A stretch of 64,000 nucleotides of DNA from Desulfosoma sp. (GTDB taxonomy: Bacteria; Desulfobacterota; Syntrophobacteria; Syntrophobacterales; DSM-9756): positions 157,982 to 221,981 of the forward strand of contig JBBFKW010000005.1 in NCBI GenBank assembly GCA_037481835.1, read 5' to 3'. The notes beneath the pieces are model-generated. The model did not search any database. It saw nothing but the letters and a program-made list of their open reading frames with translations, and was not told where the DNA came from. The translations under genes were made by a program, and so were the position numbers. The number at the start of each line of letters is the position of its first letter. The first letter of the stretch is position 1. Below, piece after piece: positions 54,364-63,761 of this stretch.

Positions 54364-57300
54364 TCGGTGCGCTTGCGGCCAAGCTTCCGCTCTCTCAAGC
54401 CGAGGCTATCCGCCTGGCCACGGAGAAGAGCGTCCACGCTCGCAATCTCTATACGGAGCAAACGGTCGCCGATCTGACCGCGATGCTTGCCGGGGCCGAG
54501 GAGGAGGTCCGCCGCGCTATCCTCCGCTACAAGAGTCTCGGCTCCCTCCCCGACAACAAGCTGGCCGCTCTCGAAGGTCTCAAGAAACTCCAAGCCGACA
54601 TCCAGAAGACCACGAGCCGCCTGCACCGGGAGCAGACGCTGCTTTTCCGGAAGACGGCCAAAACATCCTTCCGCCAGGGCATCTACCGAGGCATCGACGA
54701 GTTCGCCGCGGCCCAGCTTCCCTTTTACCGCGACTTGACCCCGGAGGGCATCGACAAGCTCGCCACCCGAGTGTTCACCCTGGTGGATACCGATGCCCTC
54801 GATTTCATGACCAACTACAACCTGGTCCTGGCCGGCGACGTCAACCGCGAGCTGGCCGACGGCATCAAGCGGGTCGTGATGGGCGGCATCGCCACCGGCA
54901 AGGGCGTGGAGGACATCGTCCGCGACCTCGGGCGCGTGGTGAAAGACCCGGAGTCCTTCCGCTACGCCGGTTCCAAGGTGTTCACCAAGGCCCAGTACCG
55001 CATGGAGGTGATTGCCCGCACTGAGGTCCTGCGCGCCCATAACCAGGGGCGCATCAAGTTCCACGACCAGGTCGGAGTCCGGAAACTCGAATGGATGACC
55101 ATGGAGGACGAGCGGGTCTGCCCGATCTGCGGGCCGCTGGACGGCAAGGTGTTCGACACGAACCGCTTTCCCCAGCAACCGGCCCATCCCAACTGCCGCT
55201 GCACGAGTGTGGTCGCGTGGCCCCTGGCGATCTGCGGAGGAGAGCTGGGGGCCAAAGCCGCGGCTGAACCCGCCGCGTGCATCATCCCGCCCCAGACCAT
55301 CGAAGAGCAGGCGAAGGCCAAGGCGGCGGAAGACGCGAAGCTCAAGGCAGCCTTCGAAGGCGGACAGATCTCCGACCTGAACACACTGAGCGTGAAGCAA
55401 CTCCATACCCTGGCCAAGCAGAACGGCGTCTCCATCGCCAGGACCAAGGCCGACTTCATCAAGCTGCTCGATGCGGCCGAGCCCGGCGTGGACCACTCCA
55501 GCCTCGCCGGAGCCGCGCTCGACGCCAAGCTCAAGGAACATAAGATCGGCCTGCTCCGCACCAAGGACGACCTGATCCAACTCCTGGCGCAGAAACAGGC
55601 GTCCCTCAAGCAGGCGCAGCAACTGGCGGACCAGCTCAAGAAGATTCCGCCGAGCGGCGGGCTGCATGACCTCACCGTGGTCGAGCTGCAGGAGATGGCC
55701 AAAGCCAAGGGCGTGTCCCTCAACATGACCAAACAGGACGTGATCGACCTGCTCGACGAGCTGGAACCCGGCGTCGATCACAAGGCGCTCCAAGGCGCGA
55801 CCCTGATCGACGCCAAGAAGAAGCACCACATCGGCCCGCTCAAGAACAAGCAGCAGCTTGTTAAGGCGCTGGAAAAGGCGGCCGGTGAGGAACTGGCGGA
55901 AAAGGCCAAGAAGGAAGCTCTCGAAGCAGCCGAGAAGGCCGCAATCAACAAGGCGAAACAGGCAGTCGAACAGACCGCTGCAAAGGTGATCGTGCCGGAG
56001 TCCCCCGCAGGATACGCCGACTTCCTCTCGGCGGTGAAAGATGCGGAATCGGCGCTCGCGGCTTCGCCCGGCCTGCCGCAGGAGATACTCGAAGGACACG
56101 CCAAAGAGATCGCCATCAAGAAAAAGCTATTCCAGGACCAGGTCTCGTCCATGAAGGTCGGCGACCTCAAGACCCTGGCCAAGGACACCAAGCTCAAGCA
56201 CTGGCAGTGGGCGAACAAGGACGAACTGGTCACTCTGCTTACGGAGACCGACCCGGCCAAGATCGAGGCCGCCAAGGCCGGCATCGAAACGAAACACGCC
56301 GCCTGGTTGGAAAAGCACGGCGGCAAAAAGAATGTCGCCGCGCCCGAATCGGCGAAGCCCGCGCCGATTCCGAAACCAACGCCACCGTCCCCGCCGGTTT
56401 TCACCAAGAAAGGCGCTCAGTTCGAGGAGGCGGACGCGGCCTGGATCGCCAAGGGCAAGCCGGGGAACTTCAAGCCCGCGGGCAAGGCCCAGGTCGGCGG
56501 CGCGCACAGCAAGGAGTTCTGGACCGATGAAAAAGGCGACCGCTGGCTGTTCAAACCGGTGGAACGTTCCGGCGACGACTTCATCGCCTATGGAGAGGAA
56601 GTCGCCTACAAGATCGGACGCCTCATCGATCCGAACGCGGTCGAGGTCCGCACCATCCGCTTGAATGGACGCCTCGGCTCCATCCAGAAGTGGCGGACCG
56701 ACCTCAAGGAGCGTTTCGACTTCGCCGGATTGGACCTCGCAGACCTCACCACCCTCGACATCGAGCAGATTCAGCGGGAGCACGTCGTCGACTGGCTGAT
56801 CTCCAATCACGACGGCCATGCCAAGCAATTTCTGCGGGCTCGTGACGGGAAGGTCTACGGCATCGACAAGGGGCAGATCTTTAAATACCTGGGCGAGGAC
56901 CGCCTGGCCGTCGACTATCACCCGAACTCCAAGTACGGAGAACAAGAGCCCTTTTACAATACGGTTTTCCGCGCCGCCAAGGAAGGCAAGGTCAAAATCG
57001 ATCCCGCGGCGACTCTCCGCTACATCCGCGAGGCGGAGAAGATCGCCGACGAGGATTACCTGGCCATTCTGCGTCCCTATGCCGAGGGACGGTTCGGAGG
57101 GGACGAATCCCGCAAGCAAGCCTTTTACGATTTAGCACTCGCTCGGAAAAGGAATCTTCGGCGCGACTTCGAGGGCTTCTATGCGGACGTGTTGGGCCGT
57201 CGGGACTTCCGTTTCGAGGACGTGTTGGAGGCGCTGCCGAAGACGCGTTTGGGGCCGACCGAGGAGGCGCTTCTTGAGGAAGTCCGCTCCCTCGGCTGGC

Positions 57301-58925
57301 AAGGGAAGGTGCTACCCTTCGACGAGGACGACATCGAGGACCAGAACGCCCTGATCTTTGTCGAGACCTTGAAGGGAAAGCAGCGGACCGTGGTCAAGAT
57401 GAAAGTTCGGCCTGAAGCGGAGGGAAAGCTCCTGGAGGCGCTGCGCAAGGCCGGCGTCGACACCACAGCCGCCCGGGTGGGTGAAGCGCTGCCGCAGGAC
57501 GTTTTCGCCCAGGACATATTGGCCGCGGTGAAAACGGTCAACCACCATGCCACGGACCAGCAGTACAACCAGGGGACGCTCAAAAAGGCTGCGGACCATC
57601 TGAAGGCGTTGAAGCGCCTGGCTGACTCGGACGATCCCGACGAACAAGCCATGGCCCGAAGCTACATCGACTGGATTGAGAAGGTCCAGGAAGCAGCCCG
57701 TGAACACAAACCGGTCGCCGGACGGTTCGATGTATATCTCAAGAAACATGCCGCGCCGGAGAAGAAACCCAAAGAGGTTCCCTTCACCGTGCGCCGGACG
57801 AAGGTGCTTCAGGCCAAACGAGAGCTCAAGAACGGCGAACTCGTTGTCGTGGACGAGGCGGCGGACAACTCGGCGCTCTTCGGCGGTCGTGCCATGAAGG
57901 CCGGCGAGCAGTACGAAATCGATTTCGGCGACGGCACGCGCGCCGTCTACCGCCCGTGGTCGGACAAGAACCTCTACGCCCAGCAAGGGGAATTCGAAAT
58001 GGTCCTGCCAGACAGGCCGGACGTCAAGAGCCTCGAACGGGCCATGGAACGGATGGAATTGCTGGGCATCAAGGCAGGTGCGGCCACGCCGCAGGACGCC
58101 GAGCTTCTCTATCTTCACAAGCAAGCCTACCTCGCCAAGGTGGACCGAGAGCCGGACTACAAGCGGCTGGTCGAGGAGCTGGATCGCCGGGCGGCGGGCA
58201 AGGAGGAACGCATCCGCGAGATGCGCGGCTTCTGGGAAAAACGGCTCGGAGTGAAAGACATCACCCGCATGCCGGGCTACGACCCCATGGGCGAATACCA
58301 GGCCGCTTTCAAGAATCCCTCCAAGCAAGCAGGCTACAGGCATCAATACCGCTTTGACATTTCCGACGCGGACATCGAGAAGCAGATGAAGGGATACGGC
58401 CTTCATCACCGGCTGACTAACGGCGAGGACGTGGTGTCGTTCATCGACGCGGCGCTGGGAAACAACGGAGCCATGGTGAGTACGGTCGAGAAGCTGCGCG
58501 CCGGGGTGCCGGTGGGCGGGATGTCGCCGGAAGCGGACATGGACACCGGCGGTGCGAGCTATTTCTTCACCCGGATCAAGAAGCTCCCGACGGCCGGAGG
58601 GTCGTCCGACACGGGGCTCTACTTCAAGAAGCGGATGCTCCGTCGCATGGACGCCATCAGTTACGACCACGACGCCTTCGGACGGGTGAGGGACGAATAC
58701 GTCTCGAACTACCGGGGGAGCACGCCCGAGGAGTGGAAACAGTTCGCCCGCCGAGGCAGCAACGAGACGATCTTCAAGTACTCGGTGACCCTGCTGGACA
58801 ACATCGACGTGATCGTGGTCGGAAGCGAGCGGGAAAAACAACGGCTGCTGGAGGTCTTCCGCAACCGAAAAATCATGAAGCTGCCCGACGGCCGCAAGAT
58901 CGAGGAGATCGTACTGGTGAGGTGA
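54360..58925 (+). CDS. MuF/gp7-like minor head protein with SAP-like repeats, HipA-like kinase and putative ADP-ribosyltransferase
   Basis: IARTE..DERVCPIC..HPNCRC; WLFKP, NHDGH, IDKG; C-terminal H..YFF..E pattern. Confidence 0.8.
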   Translation: MIGALAAKLPLSQAEAIRLATEKSVHARNLYTEQTVADLTAMLAGAEEEVRRAILRYKSLGSLPDNKLAALEGLKKLQADIQKTTSRLHREQTLLFRKTAKTSFRQGIYRGIDEFAAAQLPFYRDLTPEGIDKLATRVFTLVDTDALDFMTNYNLVLAGDVNRELADGIKRVVMGGIATGKGVEDIVRDLGRVVKDPESFRYAGSKVFTKAQYRMEVIARTEVLRAHNQGRIKFHDQVGVRKLEWMTMEDERVCPICGPLDGKVFDTNRFPQQPAHPNCRCTSVVAWPLAICGGELGAKAAAEPAACIIPPQTIEEQAKAKAAEDAKLKAAFEGGQISDLNTLSVKQLHTLAKQNGVSIARTKADFIKLLDAAEPGVDHSSLAGAALDAKLKEHKIGLLRTKDDLIQLLAQKQASLKQAQQLADQLKKIPPSGGLHDLTVVELQEMAKAKGVSLNMTKQDVIDLLDELEPGVDHKALQGATLIDAKKKHHIGPLKNKQQLVKALEKAAGEELAEKAKKEALEAAEKAAINKAKQAVEQTAAKVIVPESPAGYADFLSAVKDAESALAASPGLPQEILEGHAKEIAIKKKLFQDQVSSMKVGDLKTLAKDTKLKHWQWANKDELVTLLTETDPAKIEAAKAGIETKHAAWLEKHGGKKNVAAPESAKPAPIPKPTPPSPPVFTKKGAQFEEADAAWIAKGKPGNFKPAGKAQVGGAHSKEFWTDEKGDRWLFKPVERSGDDFIAYGEEVAYKIGRLIDPNAVEVRTIRLNGRLGSIQKWRTDLKERFDFAGLDLADLTTLDIEQIQREHVVDWLISNHDGHAKQFLRARDGKVYGIDKGQIFKYLGEDRLAVDYHPNSKYGEQEPFYNTVFRAAKEGKVKIDPAATLRYIREAEKIADEDYLAILRPYAEGRFGGDESRKQAFYDLALARKRNLRRDFEGFYADVLGRRDFRFEDVLEALPKTRLGPTEEALLEEVRSLGWQGKVLPFDEDDIEDQNALIFVETLKGKQRTVVKMKVRPEAEGKLLEALRKAGVDTTAARVGEALPQDVFAQDILAAVKTVNHHATDQQYNQGTLKKAADHLKALKRLADSDDPDEQAMARSYIDWIEKVQEAAREHKPVAGRFDVYLKKHAAPEKKPKEVPFTVRRTKVLQAKRELKNGELVVVDEAADNSALFGGRAMKAGEQYEIDFGDGTRAVYRPWSDKNLYAQQGEFEMVLPDRPDVKSLERAMERMELLGIKAGAATPQDAELLYLHKQAYLAKVDREPDYKRLVEELDRRAAGKEERIREMRGFWEKRLGVKDITRMPGYDPMGEYQAAFKNPSKQAGYRHQYRFDISDADIEKQMKGYGLHHRLTNGEDVVSFIDAALGNNGAMVSTVEKLRAGVPVGGMSPEADMDTGGASYFFTRIKKLPTAGGSSDTGLYFKKRMLRRMDAISYDHDAFGRVRDEYVSNYRGSTPEEWKQFARRGSNETIFKYSVTLLDNIDVIVVGSEREKQRLLEVFRNRKIMKLPDGRKIEEIVLVR

Positions 58926-58927
58926 GC

Positions 58928-59398
58928 ATGAAAGAGTTCATCGAAAAGGAAAAAGCCCGTCTGCAATCGCTCTTCGAGCCGTTCAACACCGGAGGCTCCT
59001 GGATGACGCTGGCGGACAAAGGCCGGACGCCGGTCCGGCTCGGTATCGTGGACCGCTTCATCGTGACCCGTGTGGCCCCGCAATTCGACGCCGGCGGGAA
59101 TTTGACGCGCATCGGTTTCTGGCTTCTCATCCGGCTCTCCGGATACGACGAGGGCTTCCAACACGCCCACACCATCAAGGTCGTCTCCTGGTCGCAGGAC
59201 GACACCTACCTGCTCGATCTGCTCGATGATCGGGACCGCAGGTTCCACATCGAGCTCATCTTCCCTGACCAGGAACCCAACGAGGCGGCGGACTGGAAGC
59301 GCTGGCGAGACTACAAGGCCGGAAACCGGGACCGATTCGAACGGATCGACGCGGAGCTTCTGACCGAGCACACCCGCATTGCGGAGGAATGGGAATGA
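58928..59398 (+). CDS. Hypothetical protein, candidate immunity protein
   Basis: Starts 2 nt after the MuF stop. Confidence 0.7.
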   Translation: MKEFIEKEKARLQSLFEPFNTGGSWMTLADKGRTPVRLGIVDRFIVTRVAPQFDAGGNLTRIGFWLLIRLSGYDEGFQHAHTIKVVSWSQDDTYLLDLLDDRDRRFHIELIFPDQEPNEAADWKRWRDYKAGNRDRFERIDAELLTEHTRIAEEWE

Positions 59399-59739
59399 AG
59401 CTCAGATACATGATCGAATACGCGCTCCGCGACCGTATCCGCAACCCGCGCTACGAACCCATCGGCGTCTGGGTTCAGGGCCCGGGACCGGGATTGGACC
59501 TGGTGATCGATTTCCTGCCCGGAAACGCGGACGCCGAGGAAGACGCTCAGTGGGTGGTCAACCGGCTGGTGGAGGAAGGCGTCCGCAGCCTCCCTGATGA
59601 TTTTCTGGCTTACCACCAGAGCACTCTTTCCCAATATCGCGGCATGCGCGGTCCCGTGGTCGAAACCGACGAACATCCCTCCCCAGAGGCCTGCGCCCGG
59701 TCGGTCATCGACCGGATCAAGTCGGGTCGCGTTTCCTGA
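59395..59739 (+). CDS. Hypothetical protein, candidate immunity protein
   Basis: ATGA-coupled to the previous ORF. Confidence 0.7.
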   Translation: MKLRYMIEYALRDRIRNPRYEPIGVWVQGPGPGLDLVIDFLPGNADAEEDAQWVVNRLVEEGVRSLPDDFLAYHQSTLSQYRGMRGPVVETDEHPSPEACARSVIDRIKSGRVS

Positions 59740-59748
59740 TCCCCCCTC

Positions 59749-59778
59749 CGACACTTTCCGACGGTCTCCGGTAGGTAT
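59749..59778 (+). promoter_or_regulatory. Phage bipartite motif copy 6
   Basis: CGAC-N14-TCCGGTAGGTAT upstream of the methyltransferase-protease gene. Confidence 0.7.
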
Positions 59779-59881
59779 CCAAGCGACAGGGCTCTCGGCC
59801 TGATATCGGGGTTCACCCCGGGCACGGGCCGACCGCTCACCGGCATCAACCGGATTTGTCGCGACATGACCGGAGAACCGA

Positions 59882-62800
59882 ATGGAGCTTTTCGCAACCG
59901 ACCGTGAACGGCTGGCGTTCCTCCTCGAAACGGACGCCGCCCTGGACCTGGACTTCGAGGCGCTCGAGGCCCAGGCCGAGGCGGCTGCCGAGGAGCCGTC
60001 GCCGGAAGAGCGGCCTAAATACATCACCAACTACATCGGCTCGAAGCAGAAGCTGGTCGACTGGATTTGGAAACACACGCCGGAGGGGGTGGAATCCGCG
60101 GCCGACGCCTTCTCTGGTTCGGCGGTCGTGGCCTACATGTACAAGACCAAGGGCCTGCGGGTCCTGGCCAACGACCGGCTGCGCTACTGCCACCACGCGG
60201 CCCGGGCGATCATCGAGAACGACAAGGTGCGTCTCTCCGATGAGGACATGGAGGCGCTGCTCGCGGACAACGCGAAGGCCGGAACCTTCGTCCGGGACAA
60301 CTTCAAGGGCATCTTCTTCGCCAAGGGCGTCCACGGCCTGATCGACACGATCCGGTCGAACATCGACAAACTCTCGGGTTTCAAGAAAGACATCGCTCTC
60401 TTCGCCCTGGGCAAGACCTGCATGTCCGGCAAGGGCGGCTTCGGGCATTTCTCGTCGTCGACCCGCTACGGCAAGCGCGAGGACACCCCGGAGGAATTCA
60501 AGGAGCGGCTGCGCAAGAACGTGGCCCGCATCAACGCCCTCGTTTTCGACAACGGCAAGGAGTGCAAGGCATCCCGCAAGGACATCAACGACTTCCTGCC
60601 GGAGGCCAAGGCCGACCTCGCCTATTTCGATCCGCCCTACGCCACGGAGTTTTCGACCACCAACTACGAAAAATCCTACCACTTCGTGGAAGGGCTGATG
60701 ACCTATTGGGAGGGGTTGACCCTCGTTGAGGACTCCAAGACCAAGCACTACGAGACCGACCACAAGACCGTGACCCGCGCCAACGCCGCGGAGTTCTTCG
60801 AGTCCTTCCTCGGAAACGCCAGGCATATCCCGCACTGGCTGATTTCATACCGCGACCACGCCTATCCGAACGAATCGGAGATGCGGCGGATCATCGCCTC
60901 CCTGGGACGGGATTCGTCGATGCGCTCCCACGATCACCATTACGCCATCACATCCCGGCACGGCGAGGCGTCCCACGCCAAGGAACGTCTGTTCATCTGC
61001 CGCAAGGCCGAAGGTGTGGAGCGGTCCGCCAAGGCGTCCACAGAGGACAGCCTGCGGGCGGAAGCCGTCTGGGAGGAAACCGAGAATGAGGTCCGCTTCC
61101 GTGTCCGGAACCCGGACGAGTTCGAACCCGACAGCTTCCGCCGCAAGCCCCTGGAGGGCGTCGACGGCGTTGCGATCATCATCGGACGCTTGAAGAAGGA
61201 GTTCGTGCCCGAGGGCGGCAATCCGCGCGCCATGGTGTTGCAGGCCTACCGGTTCGTCCGCAAGACGGAGAAGAACCCGGACGGCTGGACCGTGGAAAAA
61301 GCCAAGGAGTGGATCGACAAGCACGAAGCCGGACGGGCCGTGGATGCCGCCCTGCGCGTGGAGGAGAACCTGATCGCTCTGGCGGATGCGCCGCTTGGCG
61401 AATCGCTGGACCTCTTGAGCTGCCAGGCCGGGAAAGCGGAGTCGGTCCGCGTCACCGGTTTCATGGGCAGCAAGTACCTGATGCTCGGCTGGATCGAAAG
61501 CCATGTCCCCAAGGACGCGGAGAGCATCCTCGATGCTTTTTCAGGCGGGGCCAACGTCGCCTATCACTTCAAACGCAAAGGGCTGAAAGTCATCGCCAAC
61601 GATCTCCTGCGGTATCCCCACCATCTGGCGCGGGCCGTGGTGGAGAACTCCAGCGAGACTCTGAGCGACGAGGACGTGGACCGAATCCTCGCCCCCAATG
61701 CGGACGCGGGCACCTTTATCGTCGATCACTTCTACGGCTACTACTACACCAAGCCGGTGCTCCGGTGGCTCGACCAAGTCTGGGCGAACATCCAGAAGCT
61801 TCACGGCTACAAGAAAGATCTGGCGCTGGCCGCGCTCGGCACCACCGTCAAGGCGAAGAGCGCCTTCGGTCAGTTTTCGCGGTCCAAGATGCACCGCAAG
61901 GCAGACCTCGACACGGATGCCAGCCTGGAGCAATCCCAGCTCTCCAATCCGCCGCTGTCCAAGTTCATCGAGTCGTTCCGGCGATCGGTGGGCCAGCTCA
62001 ACCGGCTGGTCTTCGACAACGGCAAAGAGTGCAAGGCCTTCAACCTGGATGCGGCCGAGGCGGTCCGGCGATTCGGCGCGGACGTTCTGTATCTGGACCC
62101 GCCCTACGTCACCGAGTTCGGCAGCAACGATTACGAGGACTCCCTGCATTTCATCGAAGGGCTCATGACCCGCTGGGCGGACAAGGAACTCCAGGACAAT
62201 CCCCGCCGCAACTATCCGTCCCGGACGCGTTACACCAAGGAATCGATCCGTTCCCTGATGGAGACGATGGCAGCTGACGCCCGGGGCAAGTACGGCACGG
62301 TGCTCCTGTCATACCGCGACCGGGCTTTCCCGCGGGAAGAGGAAATCAAGGAGATATTCGCCGAGCACTACGGTCTCGTCCGAGTCCGCGGCATGGAGGT
62401 GGACTACAACATCGCCAAGGACATCGGCCGGGAAGGCAAACACGCCCGGGAACTGCTCTTCGTCGCTTCCAAATCACGCGGTGCGGCGCGCTCCAAAGCG
62501 GATACGCGGGCACCGGCGGCATGTCACACCTCGTTCCCCGTGGAGCTGTCGTTCGATACGTTTGCCGGGCTCCAGACCGAAGCGGCGGCATTGGACCAGG
62601 CCGCGGGCGATCCGCAGTTCACCTTCATCCTCTGCCGGGCCGGCACGAACAAGAACGGCGACCACTTCACCCCAGACGAACTGGCCGCCCGCTACATGAC
62701 GGCGATCAACAAGAAGATCGACCTGAAGCATTCCCAGGATTTCACCGACATCGTCGGCGGCATTGTGGGGGCGGATTACGTGGAGGACGAAAGCGGCGGC

Positions 62801-63745
62801 CGGATCGAGTGCGCGGGCGAACTCTATGTCTCCGACAGCCCGCACGCGCAGTTGGCCTACAAGCTCATCCGCAAAGGGATCATCTCCCAGGTCTCCATGG
62901 AATGCGACTACGAGGAAGGCGAGTGCTCGATCTGCGGCAAACGCGTCGTTTCGAAGAGCGATTACTGCGTCCACCTGCGCAAGAACAAAGGCGGCGAGCT
63001 CCAGGGGCAGCCCGTCTACGAAATCCTCCACGGCGTCACTTTCACCGGGCTCGGGCTTCTCGACCGCAAAGGCGCGGACGAAAACGCCCGCATCCTGAAA
63101 GTCGCCGCGGCGGAAAACGATGGTTCGACAACCCACTCTGAAGGAGGTCCGACAATGGACGAGAAACACAAGGAAACCGAGGAACGGGAAGCGGATGCCG
63201 CCAAGAAGAAGGACGACGGCGGCGGCGGGACCGCGCCCGATGACAAGACCCGGCTCAAGGAACTGGAGCGGGAGAACAAGGAACTCAAACAGCAGGTTCT
63301 CGCGCTGCAGAAGCAGCTCGAGGAACTGGAGGCGGAGAAAAAGGCCGCCGCGAACCGGAGCCGAGCCCAGAAGCTCCTGCGCAAGATCGAAAAGAGCGGG
63401 CTGGCATTCGAGAGCGACGAGGATCGCGAACAGGAGCTGAGCCGTCTGGCCGGTCTTTCCGACGACGCCTTCGCCGCCAGCGAAGCCGCTTTCGAGCGGA
63501 TGATGAAGGCCGGGCCCCGCGCTCACACCGACGACAAGGACGCGAAGGACCGAGGAGCGGGCGTGGAAACCACCAAGGCGTCATGCGGTTGCGACGACCC
63601 GCCCCTGCGCAGCGACGCGGGCGTCCGTCCGAAGGACATCGAAGACAAGAAGACGAGTCTCGAGGACCGGCTGAAGAGCGGCTTCATGGCTGCCTACCGG
63701 CAACGAGTGGCGTCCGCGACCGGCGAACCGGTTTCGAACAACTGA
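59882..63745 (+). CDS. Fusion: two Dam/D12-class adenine methyltransferases, prohead-protease-like domain and scaffold
   Basis: YIGSK/DAFSGS/DPPY, FMGSK/DAFSGG/DPPY; NKNGD, DLKH, VSME, CSIC, GADENA; coiled-coil tail. Confidence 0.82.
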   Translation: MELFATDRERLAFLLETDAALDLDFEALEAQAEAAAEEPSPEERPKYITNYIGSKQKLVDWIWKHTPEGVESAADAFSGSAVVAYMYKTKGLRVLANDRLRYCHHAARAIIENDKVRLSDEDMEALLADNAKAGTFVRDNFKGIFFAKGVHGLIDTIRSNIDKLSGFKKDIALFALGKTCMSGKGGFGHFSSSTRYGKREDTPEEFKERLRKNVARINALVFDNGKECKASRKDINDFLPEAKADLAYFDPPYATEFSTTNYEKSYHFVEGLMTYWEGLTLVEDSKTKHYETDHKTVTRANAAEFFESFLGNARHIPHWLISYRDHAYPNESEMRRIIASLGRDSSMRSHDHHYAITSRHGEASHAKERLFICRKAEGVERSAKASTEDSLRAEAVWEETENEVRFRVRNPDEFEPDSFRRKPLEGVDGVAIIIGRLKKEFVPEGGNPRAMVLQAYRFVRKTEKNPDGWTVEKAKEWIDKHEAGRAVDAALRVEENLIALADAPLGESLDLLSCQAGKAESVRVTGFMGSKYLMLGWIESHVPKDAESILDAFSGGANVAYHFKRKGLKVIANDLLRYPHHLARAVVENSSETLSDEDVDRILAPNADAGTFIVDHFYGYYYTKPVLRWLDQVWANIQKLHGYKKDLALAALGTTVKAKSAFGQFSRSKMHRKADLDTDASLEQSQLSNPPLSKFIESFRRSVGQLNRLVFDNGKECKAFNLDAAEAVRRFGADVLYLDPPYVTEFGSNDYEDSLHFIEGLMTRWADKELQDNPRRNYPSRTRYTKESIRSLMETMAADARGKYGTVLLSYRDRAFPREEEIKEIFAEHYGLVRVRGMEVDYNIAKDIGREGKHARELLFVASKSRGAARSKADTRAPAACHTSFPVELSFDTFAGLQTEAAALDQAAGDPQFTFILCRAGTNKNGDHFTPDELAARYMTAINKKIDLKHSQDFTDIVGGIVGADYVEDESGGRIECAGELYVSDSPHAQLAYKLIRKGIISQVSMECDYEEGECSICGKRVVSKSDYCVHLRKNKGGELQGQPVYEILHGVTFTGLGLLDRKGADENARILKVAAAENDGSTTHSEGGPTMDEKHKETEEREADAAKKKDDGGGGTAPDDKTRLKELERENKELKQQVLALQKQLEELEAEKKAAANRSRAQKLLRKIEKSGLAFESDEDREQELSRLAGLSDDAFAASEAAFERMMKAGPRAHTDDKDAKDRGAGVETTKASCGCDDPPLRSDAGVRPKDIEDKKTSLEDRLKSGFMAAYRQRVASATGEPVSNN
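63155..63745 (+). CDS. Nested in-frame scaffold protein (internal start)
   Basis: AAGGAGGT at 63141-63148 before in-frame ATG; charged coiled coil. Confidence 0.6.
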   Translation: MDEKHKETEEREADAAKKKDDGGGGTAPDDKTRLKELERENKELKQQVLALQKQLEELEAEKKAAANRSRAQKLLRKIEKSGLAFESDEDREQELSRLAGLSDDAFAASEAAFERMMKAGPRAHTDDKDAKDRGAGVETTKASCGCDDPPLRSDAGVRPKDIEDKKTSLEDRLKSGFMAAYRQRVASATGEPVSNN

Positions 63746-63761
63746 CAAAGGAGGAATGACC

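Noticed and set aside
53907..56099. 730-aa minus-strand ORF
   Set aside because: Shadow of portal and MuF genes
59882..62480. Methyltransferases as part of a restriction-modification system
   Set aside because: No adjacent endonuclease; domains are fused to head-assembly domains
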